Positions 26,602 through 39,694 of a stretch of DNA of 64,000 nucleotides are shown one piece after another. The stretch covers positions 44,330,001 through 44,394,000 of the forward strand of contig OX597818.1 of NCBI GenBank assembly GCA_951406725.2. The letters are read 5' to 3'. A program made the position numbers and the translations under genes. The DNA comes from Octopus vulgaris (lineage: Eukaryota). The notes below the pieces were generated by a model. It did no database searches. It saw only the letters and a program-made list of their open reading frames with translations, and had not been told where the DNA came from. Position 1 is the first letter of the stretch. The number at the start of each line of letters is the position of its first letter.

Positions 26602-26730
26602 TCATCATCATATCATCATCATTTACGTCCGCTTTCCATAGCATGGGTTGGACGTTCAACTGGGGTCTGGGAGCCGAAAGCTGCACCAGTCCAGTCAGAT
26701 CTGGCAGTGTTTCTAGCTGGATGCCCTTCC
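26602..26730 (-). mobile_element. RTE-type 3'UTR fragment
   Basis: (cat)n ttacgtccgctttccatagcatgggttggacg; near-identical to 51546-51672. Confidence 0.75.
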
Positions 26731-26770
26731 TATATATATATATATATATATATATAAAGTAAATAAATCG

Positions 26771-26814
26771 CCACTACAATTGTTTCCTGTCTTCAAATGA
26801 CATTCATCAGGTGG
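26771..26814 (-). ncRNA. Type I hammerhead ribozyme with intact catalytic core
   Basis: CCAC CUGAUGA A UGUC auuugaa GACA G GAAAC AAUU GUA GUGG: helix I CCAC/GUGG, helix II UGUC/GACA, helix III palindrome ACAAUUGU, GUA cleavage triplet. Confidence 0.85.
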
Positions 26815-26904
26815 ATTTCATATCTTCCATTCAATTTAAAATTTTTTTATGTATTGATTAAGTCTTTCCTTGTTTGATTTACAAAATAGTGGTTTTGTCT
26901 CTAA

Positions 26905-26957
<53 letters not shown>

Positions 26958-27439
26958 TGTGTACACACAGCCTTAGGTTATAAATACAGAACAAATTTAG
27001 AGTGTATTGTAGGTATTTGACATCTACTTCTAGCGTATAGGTGCTGACATTCCAGTGCCCTTAATTATAATTATATTTTTATAATTATATACTTAAAAAT
27101 TAATTTTACTGATATGGTCATTTTTTATATGGTAGCCACTGGTAGAATCATGTTAATGATTATATATACACACACACGTGTGTATATCCTCAATTTACAT
27201 ATATATATCTCCCTTTGTAATCATCTGCCACACTCCAGCCCACTTTCCTACCCTTTCTGTTTCTCTCCCTCTATTGTTTTCGTCATATTCACTTTGCACC
27301 TTGAAGGTATCTTCTGACCACCCCCCTCTCTCTCTTTCAAGCTGAAAAAGCAAGGTATTCACCTGTCCAACAAGGAACTGATTCCTGTCCCTCTATTACA
27401 CTTTCACATCATTTAATACTACACCCTACTCAGTTTAGG

Positions 27440-27670
27440 GGTTCTTTCTCGAAAGTACTAGGTGACCTCATTACTGTTGGTACCTTGTTAAAACATACCC
27501 AGTACATTCTGTAAAGCTGTTGGAATTATATAAAGTTATAAAGAGAATCCAGCTACAGAAACCTTACCAAAGAAGATATAGGAGCCAGTGCAGCTCCCTT
27601 GTTTGTCAGTTCCTGTTAAACTAGCCAACGCATGTTAATATGGAAAAAGGGACATTAAATAATTATGATA
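27440..27670 (+). mobile_element. Degenerate RTE-type 3'UTR fragment
   Basis: Ends ctgttaaactagccaacgcatgttaatatggaaaaagggacattaaataattatgat. Confidence 0.5.
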
Positions 27671-27702
27671 TGCTATGTATGTATGCATACACACATACAT
27701 AC

Positions 27703-27758
<56 letters not shown>

Positions 27759-27760
<2 letters not shown>

Positions 27761-27842
27761 CACATAACCAACCAGACTATCAGATGTTATTCATTGTTGG
27801 ACACAATATGCTTCGCATTGTTTTAACTTTTGAACGAAGCCA
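27759..27842 (-). mobile_element. Isolated copy of SINE B type-2 tail (truncated SINE or partner LINE end)
   Basis: Reverse-complement homolog of about 25770-25858. Confidence 0.65.
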
Positions 27843-27894
27843 TCTTATCTCCCCTTCTTCCTAGCTCTCCTGTGTGATCCCTCTGTCTGGCATT

Positions 27895-28088
27895 TGCCAT
27901 GATAGATCACTAGCCACTACACATTCTTTATTTTCTCTCCTTGTTTCTTTCTGAGTTCCTTTCTGTGAAAGAGCACAGGCTCAAAACGTTAAAGACTTTT
28001 CACTTCCTGAGCGTTAAACTAATACATCTGTTTGTTGTCTACACCACCTGTCTTCGTCTTGTATTTTTCTTCTTATTTTGTGAATTCT

Positions 28089-28092
<4 letters not shown>
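27895..28092 (+). mobile_element. Penelope-like terminal repeat with hammerhead-like motif (27959-27994)
   Basis: cuuu CUGUGAAA GAGC acag GCUC AAAAC GUUA aag. Homologous to 49035-49220. Ends in (TA)n. Confidence 0.55.
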
Positions 28093-28130
<38 letters not shown>

Positions 28131-28244
28131 CCGACTTACGACCTGTTATTCAGAATGGAACTCAGTTGTAAGTCAAGGAGAACGTGCGTATACATACACA
28201 CAAATATATAACATGTATATAAACAAATACATACATTTATATAT

Positions 28245-29035
28245 TTCATTTATTAGTATTCTTCCTAGGACAAAGCTAGTTTCTAACAGAGAATCAGAAA
28301 CTCTATCACTGGAATTTAGCTAACAACATAAATTATTGTTGCAAATTGAATTTGAAGAAAGTCTTGTGTACTGTTCTACTAATAGATTGTATCTGTAAAA
28401 TGTGTATTAGCTAGCCTTTTTGCTTGTATATTCTAGCATTTCCAGGTTGTTGCTTAGATATTTGATAACATAACCAAGAGCATCAGTGCTTATTAGTGTA
28501 AGTGGGAATCTATAATTAGGGCGGAGAAAAAGTTGACTGTAAATATTCCCCTCATTAATTTTGGAAGATATGTTCACATCTGAAGGGAAATTAACCTTCA
28601 TGACTATACATGAGTTTTCCCTCCCTAATAGCTCCACCAGGCCTGCTATGCTTGTACTTCGTAGGAGTTTTAATGAGAATATTCCTTGAGTTTTTCTTAT
28701 ACTGATATGTATGTATTCTATAGCAAAGGTTTTATTTATATTTATTCCAGGGCAGTCTTATGTGCAGATGGCATTATATATTGTTTTAGAAGCAACATTA
28801 TGTCAGAGTGGAAGGTAGCATCTTGATGACAATCTTGGCCAGCTCCTGCTCACATGTGTTATGCCTTCCATAAAGGAATGACATAATCAACGTTTATGCT
28901 AGTAATTTGGTATTTTAAGAGCTTTGCTGTTCTGTTTGTTCAATACTTATTTCATAGCTATCTCTTGCTCTAAGATTGCAATGGTGTAGCCTTTGTGATA
29001 TGATGTGACGTAAGGGTCCTCTTTAAGTTAATGGG
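28245..29035 (-). mobile_element. Dong/R4-type non-LTR relic (zinc knuckle and restriction-like endonuclease)
   Basis: Minus strand reads *LCHSFMEGITHVSRSWPRLSSRCYLPL*HNV (decayed C-x2-C-x8-H-x4-C), then KHSRPG/...VNFPSDVNISSKINE..Y...ALGYV (decayed PD..E..P..K endonuclease motif). Confidence 0.7.
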
Positions 29036-30015
29036 AAACAGATTCACAGTATATATTTACATATATACGCATGAATACATAAATTATTACATATTTATAT
29101 TCACATAAACATGTATATGTAAAGTGGATGCATTAGAATGAATGTATCAAATAAAAAGTATATTTCTTGTGGCAGAACAGAATAAATATTAATATGCTTT
29201 TTAATGAGAAGTATTGGATACAAATATGATTACTATAACAATTATAGTAATTACATATATGTAATGAATTGTTTCTATTAATTATTTGGATTTTCTTTCA
29301 CCATTCACTTTATGTGTATAAAATCAATGAATATTATTTTCTTCAAAGTGTGTCTGGCGAGTTTGTGTCAGTAGGTTATGCGAATAGTGCTGGTTATTTA
29401 TGGCTTCTTGATAAATAAATAGCTTGTCTAGAATTCTAGGATCACTGATATTTTTAGTTTCAACTTATAAAGTTCCCCTCATTTAGAATCAATATAACAA
29501 GATGCCAAAAGAAATGAAAATAATGAGATCTGGAAAGAGTTAAATTTAGAGGCAGAGTGAACACTAGTAATCAATCTATAACTCTTTTTAGAATTCCTTT
29601 TATAATTGATAAATTGGTTAGATTCTGAGCAAATATAACTTGTCGGCTTAATATAACATCAACTGATATTTGATGCTGTTAGTAAATAAAACTTATGTTA
29701 TATGCTTTTGTTCACCTATAAAACTTACATATACATTGATAATAATTTAATTGCTATAGTTTTCTAATATTTTTTCTTATAGTGTATTTGTTATAAGACA
29801 GTTTTCTTTATTGTTCTTCATATGGTGAGTTTAATATAGTGTTTTCCAATATTTTCTGACTTATAGTCCCCTTTCCATAATCTATATATCTTAATCTTTG
29901 GCACTTACTCAGAAATTCATTTTCATTTCCTCCTTTTTTCAACCCTATCATGGCTTAGTGACATAACCTGGTTAAACTTGTGATGCCGTAAGCCCAATGG
30001 TTAGAAAATACTGAT

Positions 30016-30246
30016 TTAACCCTTTAGCATTTAAACCGGCCATATCTGGCCAAAAGTATTCTGCCTGTTTTACGTTCAAACTGACCAGATCTGGTCTTTC
30101 ACACCGACCCTACAATATCATTTTAAAAATTAACAGCTACCTCATCAAAATCTCAAAGCTACAAGATAATGCATGATTAGTTCAAAGCAATGTGGATAAA
30201 AAAAGGCATTGATTTTGGCAGAATAATGCAAACACTAAAGAGTTAA
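30016..30246. mobile_element. TTAA-flanked MITE (piggyBac-like), family 2
   Basis: TTAA|CCCTTTAGCATT ... AACACTAAAGAG|TTAA; reverse-complement homolog of 11235-11443. Confidence 0.8.
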
Positions 30247-32063
30247 TACTCTAATACAAGTTCTGTGAGAAGAAGATTCCTATCCAATAATTAGGATTCA
30301 CTTCTCATAGTACATAAACTTATTCTATTTTGAAAACTTTTTTGAACTGATGTTTGTCAACATAGCCTAACATGAATTTTCTTAAATTATAGTATTTCAC
30401 TTAATTGGTTCAATATATCTATACCAATAGAAGTAATCCTTGTAGATTTGTTTTTCAATTTCACCTCTATCAAGTCTCTCAGTCAGCAATAATTTATGGA
30501 GCACTGAATGTAAATTTTCTAAACAAATGTGCTCAAGTAGCGAATCAGTTCTTCAATAAGGAAGTAGAAAAAGAAAGAAGCAGATCATTTCCAAGATTTT
30601 AATTTGTTCTAAATTTATTAATTTTTCGGCTAAGACAGATTGTTGTGGCAGATGTTATGTCTATCATTTGATAAAACAAAATCAAAATTCTCTGACTAAA
30701 AAAAAAAAAAAAAAAAAAAAAAAGAAAAAGCAGTTAGATATGTGAAAGATATAATTCAAAGCTGGAATTCATTTCGGTCTATGCAGTTACTCTTCCAACT
30801 ACTTCCATAAACAATGAGATGCATTAGAATTTTACCAGAATGTTGTATTAAAATCCCTGTCCCTCCAGACTGATGCAGACAAATGTAAAACTCACATATA
30901 CACCAAAATATTTGATAATATCAGATTTACAGTTGATAAGAATGCTGAAATTTTGAGGATTCAAATATAGCCCAAGGAAAAGGCTTATACGTGAAAATGA
31001 AAATGCGACTTGGAATTATACTGAATAAAGAAGCATATATAGACAAAAACACAAAAGATAAAGTTAATGGTAAGATTAATTTTCCTATTCAATCCATTTT
31101 CTTTTGAGAGGTTCCTAATTTCCAAAATAAATTTTTTTTAAATCACAGTTGCCACATATTAACTAAATTCTCCTTGCTTACATGCATTGTAATTTTTATA
31201 AACTCTTTATCACATCAACATAGGCCTGATAGGGTAGAATAGAAGCTGCAACATGCCTTAATTGCTAAACTGCACCTAACACAATTAAATGTAACATGAT
31301 AGAAGGCCACAAAACAGATTGGAACATGAGGCTTTTAGGTAACTTCAAAATGATTAATCATCTGTTGAAATATCATAAAGCAGATATGATATCAAAATTA
31401 TGATTAAAATATTTTTATTAATCAAAAGAATGTTTTGAAATTCAAATATAATGAAAGTGAATTTTGAACAAGATAACTCCTTTTTAAAAAGTATTTTGCA
31501 GTGTTTGATATTTGGGAGACATATTAAATATATTGAATAGTTTGAGGTAAGAATATTGTTTTTGAATTTTGGTGCAAACAAAGAAATTTTAATCATATAA
31601 ATCTAGGTTGTATGCAGATAACAAATTTTCCTTTAAGTTAAATATGGTCAGAATTAGCAGGATTAGTAGTTTTAAGAAAATCCAGAAAACATATGGTAAT
31701 TTGCTTGGTAGTTCTTTATTTCTTAAAAAGATTCAGTTGTTTAGTCTTTTTTTTTATTTGTTTAAATAACAATTTCATGGGCACTTGCTAGAAAATTCAG
31801 TGTCATTAAAATATTCTTCTATCAAATAGTAAACATTTTCCTCTGGTGTATTTTGTAGTTGAAAAATATATTTAAAACTATATCTATGAGAAAACTAAAA
31901 GAAAAATACATCTCTTATCAAATATTTTACATTTTAATATCTATTAGATGAATAATAAATGCAATGGCATATATATGAAGAGAATTTATTTCTTGATAAG
32001 ACACTTCCCTCAGTCTGGTTTCAACTCTTTTCATAATGTTGTTTCTAGACAGTTATTTAACAA

Positions 32064-32471
32064 TTTTCTTGTATGTTGGGAGGGTCATTAAGCTAATAAT
32101 AAATACACACTGGTCCTACTCCTCTTCTTTTATCATTATTAGTCAAGTAGTAAACCATTTAACCATTAAGGAAAATAAATTGTTTCATTAGCCATTAACT
32201 AAAATCAAATTGTTTCAGTAACTGCTTGGTTATTCAGTCAATCATCTAAGTTCACCAGAGTTCTTTTGACACTGCTTGCAATGTCATCCGTGATGTGCCC
32301 TCTCTCATCCACATCTATCTAGGACAGACCCAGAGTAGAGAATATATTACAGATGAGATTGCATATGAATGTTGCTGTTTGAGTGACTGAATGACTAATC
32401 AAACGATTGTTTAGTTAATTGGTTAAGTGGTTAACTAATTAGCATAATGACTCTCCCAAAGTACAACAAAA
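32064..32471. mobile_element. Old MITE-like element with imperfect ~33-bp TIRs
   Basis: ttttcttgtatgttgggagggtcattaagctaat pairs with attagcataatgactctcccaaagtacaacaaaa, plus inner inverted matches. Confidence 0.55.
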
Positions 32472-32873
32472 TCTGTTTCAACATATGATTTCATATCAAA
32501 AATCTTGCAAATCGAATACAAAACTGAAGTATTTCACTATTTACTCTAAATTCAAATTTTAGAAATTTTAAACAATTGCTTTCTATTTTTACTGTAAATA
32601 TTAAGCAGTTGTATTTGATTAATAGTTTTTGTTATCTTATCAAGAATTTTTAATACAAACGAAAAATTACAGAATTTGACTAATGCAGTCAATTTAAACT
32701 AGTATATTTTGATTGATTTGATTCTTTTTGTATCAATATAATGCCAAAATTTGCATAGCTCACTCTAACAAATATTATTACAGCAAAATCTAAATTCTCA
32801 ATTCTAGTAGTATAAATATAAATTTCATCATCATCATCATCGTTTAACGTCCGTGATGATGATGATGATGATG

Positions 32874-32924
<51 letters not shown>

Positions 32925-33223
32925 AGCTAGTATCTATCGCATTTTTAATATTTTACAAATGACTGTTTTGCTCATGTAAAAATGCAATTTTTAGTTATTT
33001 TTTACAAGAAGCAGTTCAAAGCTATTTCAGTAAAATCAAAAGTAAATATCTGCTTTAAAAAGGTGTTTAGATTGTTGGTATATATTCTTTAAAAGCTTGA
33101 TTAATTATTATTTTAGTTTCCAAATTAGAAATTAGATCAATTCAGGCTGCTGATTCCAACAGATAACTTCAGTAGTATACAAATTACTATAAGTAGTTTA
33201 AGAATTCTTTTTATATTATATTT

Positions 33224-33268
<45 letters not shown>

Positions 33269-33438
33269 TGTGTGCGTGTATGCACACATACACACATAAT
33301 GTATGACAAATTAAGCTGCAAAAGGCAAAACTTTAAATCCTAGTCAAGTCTTTAAGTATAATATATTTGACTCAACTATCAGTATTGAGTGCTTACATCA
33401 GTAAATATTTTGTTATTAGTTATAACTTAACAATCTTG

Positions 33439-33519
33439 GGCTCTGAGGAAGGTATAGGATGTTGCACAAGCACTTAGCTCTGCGTACAATGTTTCTTAGA
33501 GCAGAAACAACTGTAAGCT
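33439..33519 (+). ncRNA. Hammerhead motif, same family as 25954-26420
   Basis: ggcu CUGAGGA ... GCA GAAAC AACU GUA agcu. Downstream flank is also homologous. Confidence 0.6.
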
Positions 33520-36500
33520 ATAATGAAAGTGATTACTCATGTTCTTTTGTCATTCATAATTAATATTACATTCCGAACTCACCTAATGCTTTACTCTAAA
33601 GTATAAGTATATTTGAGTTCTAACAACTGATTATTAGTATCACTATGCCTAAACGAAGTCATAAAATATATATGTAGAGAGATACTAATTCTTTAGTTAG
33701 ATAGGATGAAAGTAAGTTTAATTATTTGATCTATATTGATCAAATAAACTTATATATAACATCAACAATCTACAAATTTATAATAAAATGTATTTGAACA
33801 ATGCTAGCATATAAGGATTACTGGAGTTTTTTCTTTCATATATCAAATATATAACGTTTTTAGTATATTACAATGATTAAAAAAAAAAATAAGAGCTTAA
33901 ATTGTAAATAACTTTTATGTAGAATATTTGCTCATGACTATTTTGAAAAGTCTATAAAATATATCTAGTTTTAGAGTTAATAACTAAGCAGAAGTTCAAA
34001 GAATGCTTTGTTTATAAGAATCTGTATGAATACTGCTTTTGGTCAATATTAAAATAATGATCTCATGGAAAATTTTTATCATAACAGTGCCTTGTAGATT
34101 ATGGAATAAAGTTTTTGTACAATTGAATTAGCAACTTATGTCATGTATAAAAGATGTTTGAGAATTTATTGTAAACTGAAATGTGAACAAAATGTCAAGG
34201 TGTAATATGCAAATAATGTAAATCCCAACTCTGTTGCAATTTGGGTAACTGCCAATTTTCTTTTCTGTTTAATAGGAAATACGTTTTGTGTATTTTGTAT
34301 TTGCAGCTGCTAAACCAAAGAAGCTATTGTAAAAAAATGCCTATTTTGAGAAATAACTTTGACAACAGATGGCAAAATTTCTAGAAGGACAATGAATGCT
34401 ATAGCATTACTAATATTTACAGAAAAGGTTTAGTTGATAGTTCTTTAATAGCATTAGCAATAAACAAAGTAATTTCATAAGTCACTTGTACATGTCCATA
34501 TCAGGCCTTTTTTTTTCCAGCACAGACCATCACTAGTTTCCTCAGACTTTAGAATTTAATTAGGTAATTTCATAATTATTAGCATTGCGATGTAAAACTA
34601 ATATACTAGTTAGCATGGCAAAAGTCCAGAAAATGAATTTCCAAAAGGAAATGAAATAGTGTTCATTGTTTCTTCCTTACTCAAAATTAGAAAATTTAAT
34701 GAACAAGAAACTGTAACAGATGTTCAAACTTAATATAGTAGACAATTGTGTTAATTAAAAAAAGAATGCGTGGCAATTAAGAAGCATTTATGTCCCAGGT
34801 AAAATATTCAAACTGACAAGGAATGAGATAAAAGTAGGAATGATTTTTCATATCCGTCAGTGGAAAAAGTTAGTTGACAAAAACTGTCTTTACTTATCTT
34901 CATTGACATTAACACAGATTGTTAATACCAATCAATATTTTATAGCTTTCTAGTTTGGTTTGTAAATAAGGTTTTCTTCTAGAAAATGCTTTAGACTACA
35001 CACTGTGAGACATCTTAATTATCAATTTATATTGAACCTATATATCATGTAAAAAGTCAGTAATTCATTTAACAGGAAAAACTAGGCTAGTTGAACCATA
35101 GAGAGTTATGATTTTAGAACAGATACCTCTTTAGAGGGATTCAACTATGAATTGTTGTAATTAATAAGAATAATAATGAAATTATCATAATCAAAATTAT
35201 CTTTGTTAGCTATGAGAGAGAATGAAGCTTAGTATTAATCAACGGGAGAATTTTATATTATTATTCAACAATTATGGTGAATAAATATAATTCTACAGAG
35301 ATTAACTTCAAAATATTTGGCCAGTAGCAATGCTTCAATTTTCAAGAATTGGAAATAGAGTATTTTCATTTAGAATTGTAGATTCCAAATTTAGTTAACT
35401 TTGTTGCAGTTTATGTCATTTCCTCTCCACTAAAAATATATAATTTCATGCCTAAATATTCAAATATTCTTCCACAGACAATTAAAATGTATAATTAGTG
35501 AAACCAACTCAATTGAATCAATGTATGTGTATATTTAAAATGTTAGACAACCCTGAGTCTAGATTATAAAAGACAAAAGCAATGATGTTTATAGACATGA
35601 TAATAATGTTGAGGCAAGCGATGATGTTTTCTCAGTTTTTGATTTAACATCAAATTACTCTTCACATCTATTAGGCATCTGAGGCACAACTAACTGTATT
35701 TATAAAGCAATCTATTTGACTTTACAGAACAAGAGTGGAAATACTACTATTTTGAAAACTTACATATATAGTTTTTGGCAGAGTTTTCTGAAATCAGTGT
35801 GCTTTTTAAAAATATTTTTATTTTATAAAAAGAATAACCACATAGAAATCTGCTAAAGCAACTGAAAACTAAAGCTTAAATTATCTGAAGCTGCAAGAAG
35901 TCATTATGTATTCCTTTTATTGTCTACATATATGCCTTACTATAATAAATGAAACATCTAAGCAATTATATGAACATTTTGCCTAATAAGTATACAATTG
36001 TATATAATTCAAAAATAAACTGCTCTATGTATACCATATGTAATAAGGTTTTCCACTGTATTCAGGTATTAAGTTGAATCATTTTAGTACCGAAAAGACA
36101 CATATCTGAGAAAATTAACAGGAATACTTGTAATATCTATAATATGGGTAAAATAACAAAGGACACATAGGTAAAAATAAATAAGATTCTAGTTTGTAGC
36201 AATCTACAGAAAATGAAGTAGTAGAAGCTAGAAGTAGTTTAATTTCATAGTCCAAGGTAGGAAAGTTTCATATTGCTGCAATGAGCAAAACAGAATATTT
36301 TAAGAAATGATAAAAAGAAACCGATATTGGTTGAATGTGTGAATTTATAAAGACAAAATAATTTTTACAAATGTTAGGGGAATAATACAAATAAAAAATA
36401 TAAACAATGTCTTTCTTGTGCTCAAACTTAAAGATTAGTTATTAAAAAAAAAATGAAGAAAACATTGCTTACATCACAACAAAAAAAAAGAGGAAGTTTT

Positions 36501-39500
36501 TGTGTGAAGTTAAAGTTTATCTGCTTTGATTTTGATTAGAACACAAAAAGTTGTCTTTAGATATCACAAAAGTTTGAGGGAAAACCCAGAAAAAAAAAAA
36601 GGATTTATTTAATATAATTATTTTTCTTAAACTTGTTCTGCCTTTATTCTTAATACTGAAGAAATTATATCTGAAATTTGAAAATAAATTAAAGAAAAAA
36701 AAATTCACCAGTAAAGGAAAATGTAAAAGAAAAAGTGTAAATTTCATGAAATTAATAAAATATTAATTAAAAAGAAATTGGCAAATAAGCTTATTTGAAG
36801 TAAAAATAATAATATTGGAAATGTGTTACACTGTGTATGCATATATTTCTATATGTACACATATAAGGTTGTGTGTGTGAGTGTGTGAGTGTGTGTGTGT
36901 GCAAATGTTTATATCTGTGGGAGTTTGATATTGGCTTTTAAGAAATACTGAAAGTTAAGAATTAGTATGTTCTGTTTATAGATTATGGTAATTATATTAT
37001 AAAACAATACACCTTTTTTTTAATATATAGTTTAACTTATGTATATTGTTAACAAATGTTTAAATATTTACATTCATAAAAAATAGAAAAAAATTGTTTT
37101 AAGAGAAGGAGCAGTAAAAAAAAATGAACAGAATTAAATAGCAAAAAAAAAAAAATCAACCATAAAATAATTTATCGTTTAACTTGCCTTGGCCTGTTTA
37201 CAAAATCTGCCCTTCAGTGTGAACAACCAATAAGAGATTATAACTACACAATTCAGTCAAATCACCAGAACAGTTTTATGTTTCTTCTTTTGTGCTTGAA
37301 TGTGCAGTTTTACTATTCTTGATCTTTTCTTTTTCTTTGAAAAGACAAAGTCTGGACCAATTGGAATAAGATCGCACCACTTAAACACATAAACCCACAT
37401 GCACACACATGCAAATCCTCATACACACACACAGCCATTCCTTTCACACCACACTCATATTTTATTTATATAGACACACAGTACTATTTTCTTTCAATCA
37501 AATCTTGGAAACAATATTGACTGATGACAAAAAAAAAATAAAAATAAAAATGATAAACTAGTATGTTATCATTGGATGGAAAATTTGAACTAGCTCTTGT
37601 CTGTTTGATTGTCATTGTTGCAGATTTTCAATTTAATCTTCTCTTTACTGATGGGATGCTACAAGTAAATTCGGAATTAATTTTCTTGGCTCCATGTCTG
37701 CAAGATATCAACTTGCCTTGCTTAAAGGGCAATTTGATTTCCAGACGGACCAGAATATTTTGTGCTTTAGTTTCGAAACAAGTTTAGATTTCTAAACTAC
37801 CATTTCACTGATATATATATACATACAGAGTGTGTTATTAAAGAGAAGAGTGGCAACGACAATAAGTGGACAAAATTTAAAGGATAGTTTGGAACTATCC
37901 ATATATCAGGCAAATACTGAAAGATAAATACTTGGAAGTAGAACAGTACATCCAACTACTCATAAAAATAAATATATATGTTTATATATATAATTTTTAA
38001 AAAATTCTTAAGGATGCTGTTCTGATTTACATTTATTGTTTCACTTATTGCCTCATACATTAATGAACTTTTGTTGATTAATAAAAAATAGTGCCAGAGG
38101 GGCGGAGGGCTGTGGTTAAATCTTGAGAAGATTTCTGGAGAAGATTCTTCCTTACCATGCCGACTGTCTCCATTTAGTCAGAATGTGGTAAAGAACAGTT
38201 CTCCTATAGACAACTCACCAAGTTTGTTTCCTCCACGAGAAATTCAATCAAAAATGTTAAAATTTGTCATTGGACCAGATTTCCCCCTTTTTTTCCCCCT
38301 GATCTTAGTACCAAGAAAAACTTCTTTTACAACAAATGTAACCGTTGACACAGGTCAGAGGGTTTTTTTCAAAACATTAACAAAAAAAGGATTGTCTTTT
38401 TATGCCACCAGAAGTCTGCATTTTTTTTTGATGTAACAATTAGCAGACGGACAGACAGACAAACACATCTGTTATAGCAGCAACATACTGAATGAAATGA
38501 GAACATTTAAACTTGATCTCATCACTCACTGGCCTGGTTAACAATTTAACCGGAACTATCAAACCTTCTTGTTTCTGTTTTGTTCTAATCCTTTGTTCTG
38601 TAAATTCAGTTGGAGTAAAAATAATCACTCATTATGTAAGACCATCAATGAGGGTTATTTAACGAAGGTGGGTTCTTTTTGGCTGGGCTTGTTATTTTGT
38701 AGTAATACTTGAACTCTGACCCCAGGCTCTGTATGACTATATCATGCATACCTACAACAAATATAAAAAATAAGCAGGTTTTTTAATAACCATTTGGAAG
38801 CACTGAATATTACACAGATCTGCAAGCAGACAGATAGGCTTTTTTTTATTTTTATGTTTATAAAATGTTTAAAACAACATTTAATGAAACAGAAATATTT
38901 TTTTTTCTTTAAATTAATTGTATCATATGGATATATATAAAATCCCTTGATATAACACAAATGACCAATGCACTGTGTTTGAAAGTTAAAACAGAATCCC
39001 CATAAATCCATAAAGAAAATCATAAAAAGGAAAGAGCAATAAACAAATCAAATAAGAAGGAAAAGAACACAAGTTGAAGTGGAAATATTTTGTTAGATAA
39101 ATCCCAAAACCATTAGAAAGAAAAAAGAAACAACAGAATGATGTAGGTATTCCTTTCCTCATTAGAATATTTATATTTGAAAGAAAACCTTAAGAGGAAT
39201 TACTCAAGTAATAGTCTTCTTCGATATTTAGCTTCAATTCTTAGGTTATATTGGATGGTTCTTCTTCACTCATACCAGTAAATGTTTGGGGTTATTGATC
39301 AAATGATTTTAGTCAATAAAAATATAATAAATGAAAAAGAAAGAAAAAAAAGAAAACCAAAACAAGATAAGAAATATGATTAGTCACCACTTATTGGAAA
39401 GTTATAACATGCTTGAACAGAACAATGACGGTATCTCATGTGGCTTCAACAAGATGTGTATTTGCTGACACTGTCCAGAGAGCAACAGCAACAAAATTTC

Positions 39501-39587
39501 CCATTGTGTCCCTTTGTACTGGGGGCGGGGGACTGTGAGCTGATTTATTTGGACTAATGTATCCATGGCATAATTTGGCAGCTATAA

Positions 39588-39694
39588 TCAGCGATTAAAC
39601 TGATTACTGTAAGACCATGACTTTTGTGTGCTATGGCAGGGACATGAGCAGTCGTCAGGTCGGGAACACTGCCGTAGAAGGCAAATTTGAAATT
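39588..39694 (-). CDS. Candidate terminal coding exon of an unidentified gene
   Basis: Strong acceptor ccttttttattttcag, locally raised GC, and a phase-1 reading FQICLLRQCSRPDDCSCPCHSTQKSWSYSNQFNR*. Followed on the minus strand by kilobases free of interspersed repeats. Frame is not certain. Confidence 0.35.

Noticed and set aside
28130-28180. gacttacgac...gttgtaagtc hairpin like a Tigger terminus
   Set aside because: Too short and lacking outer TIR or TSD to call.
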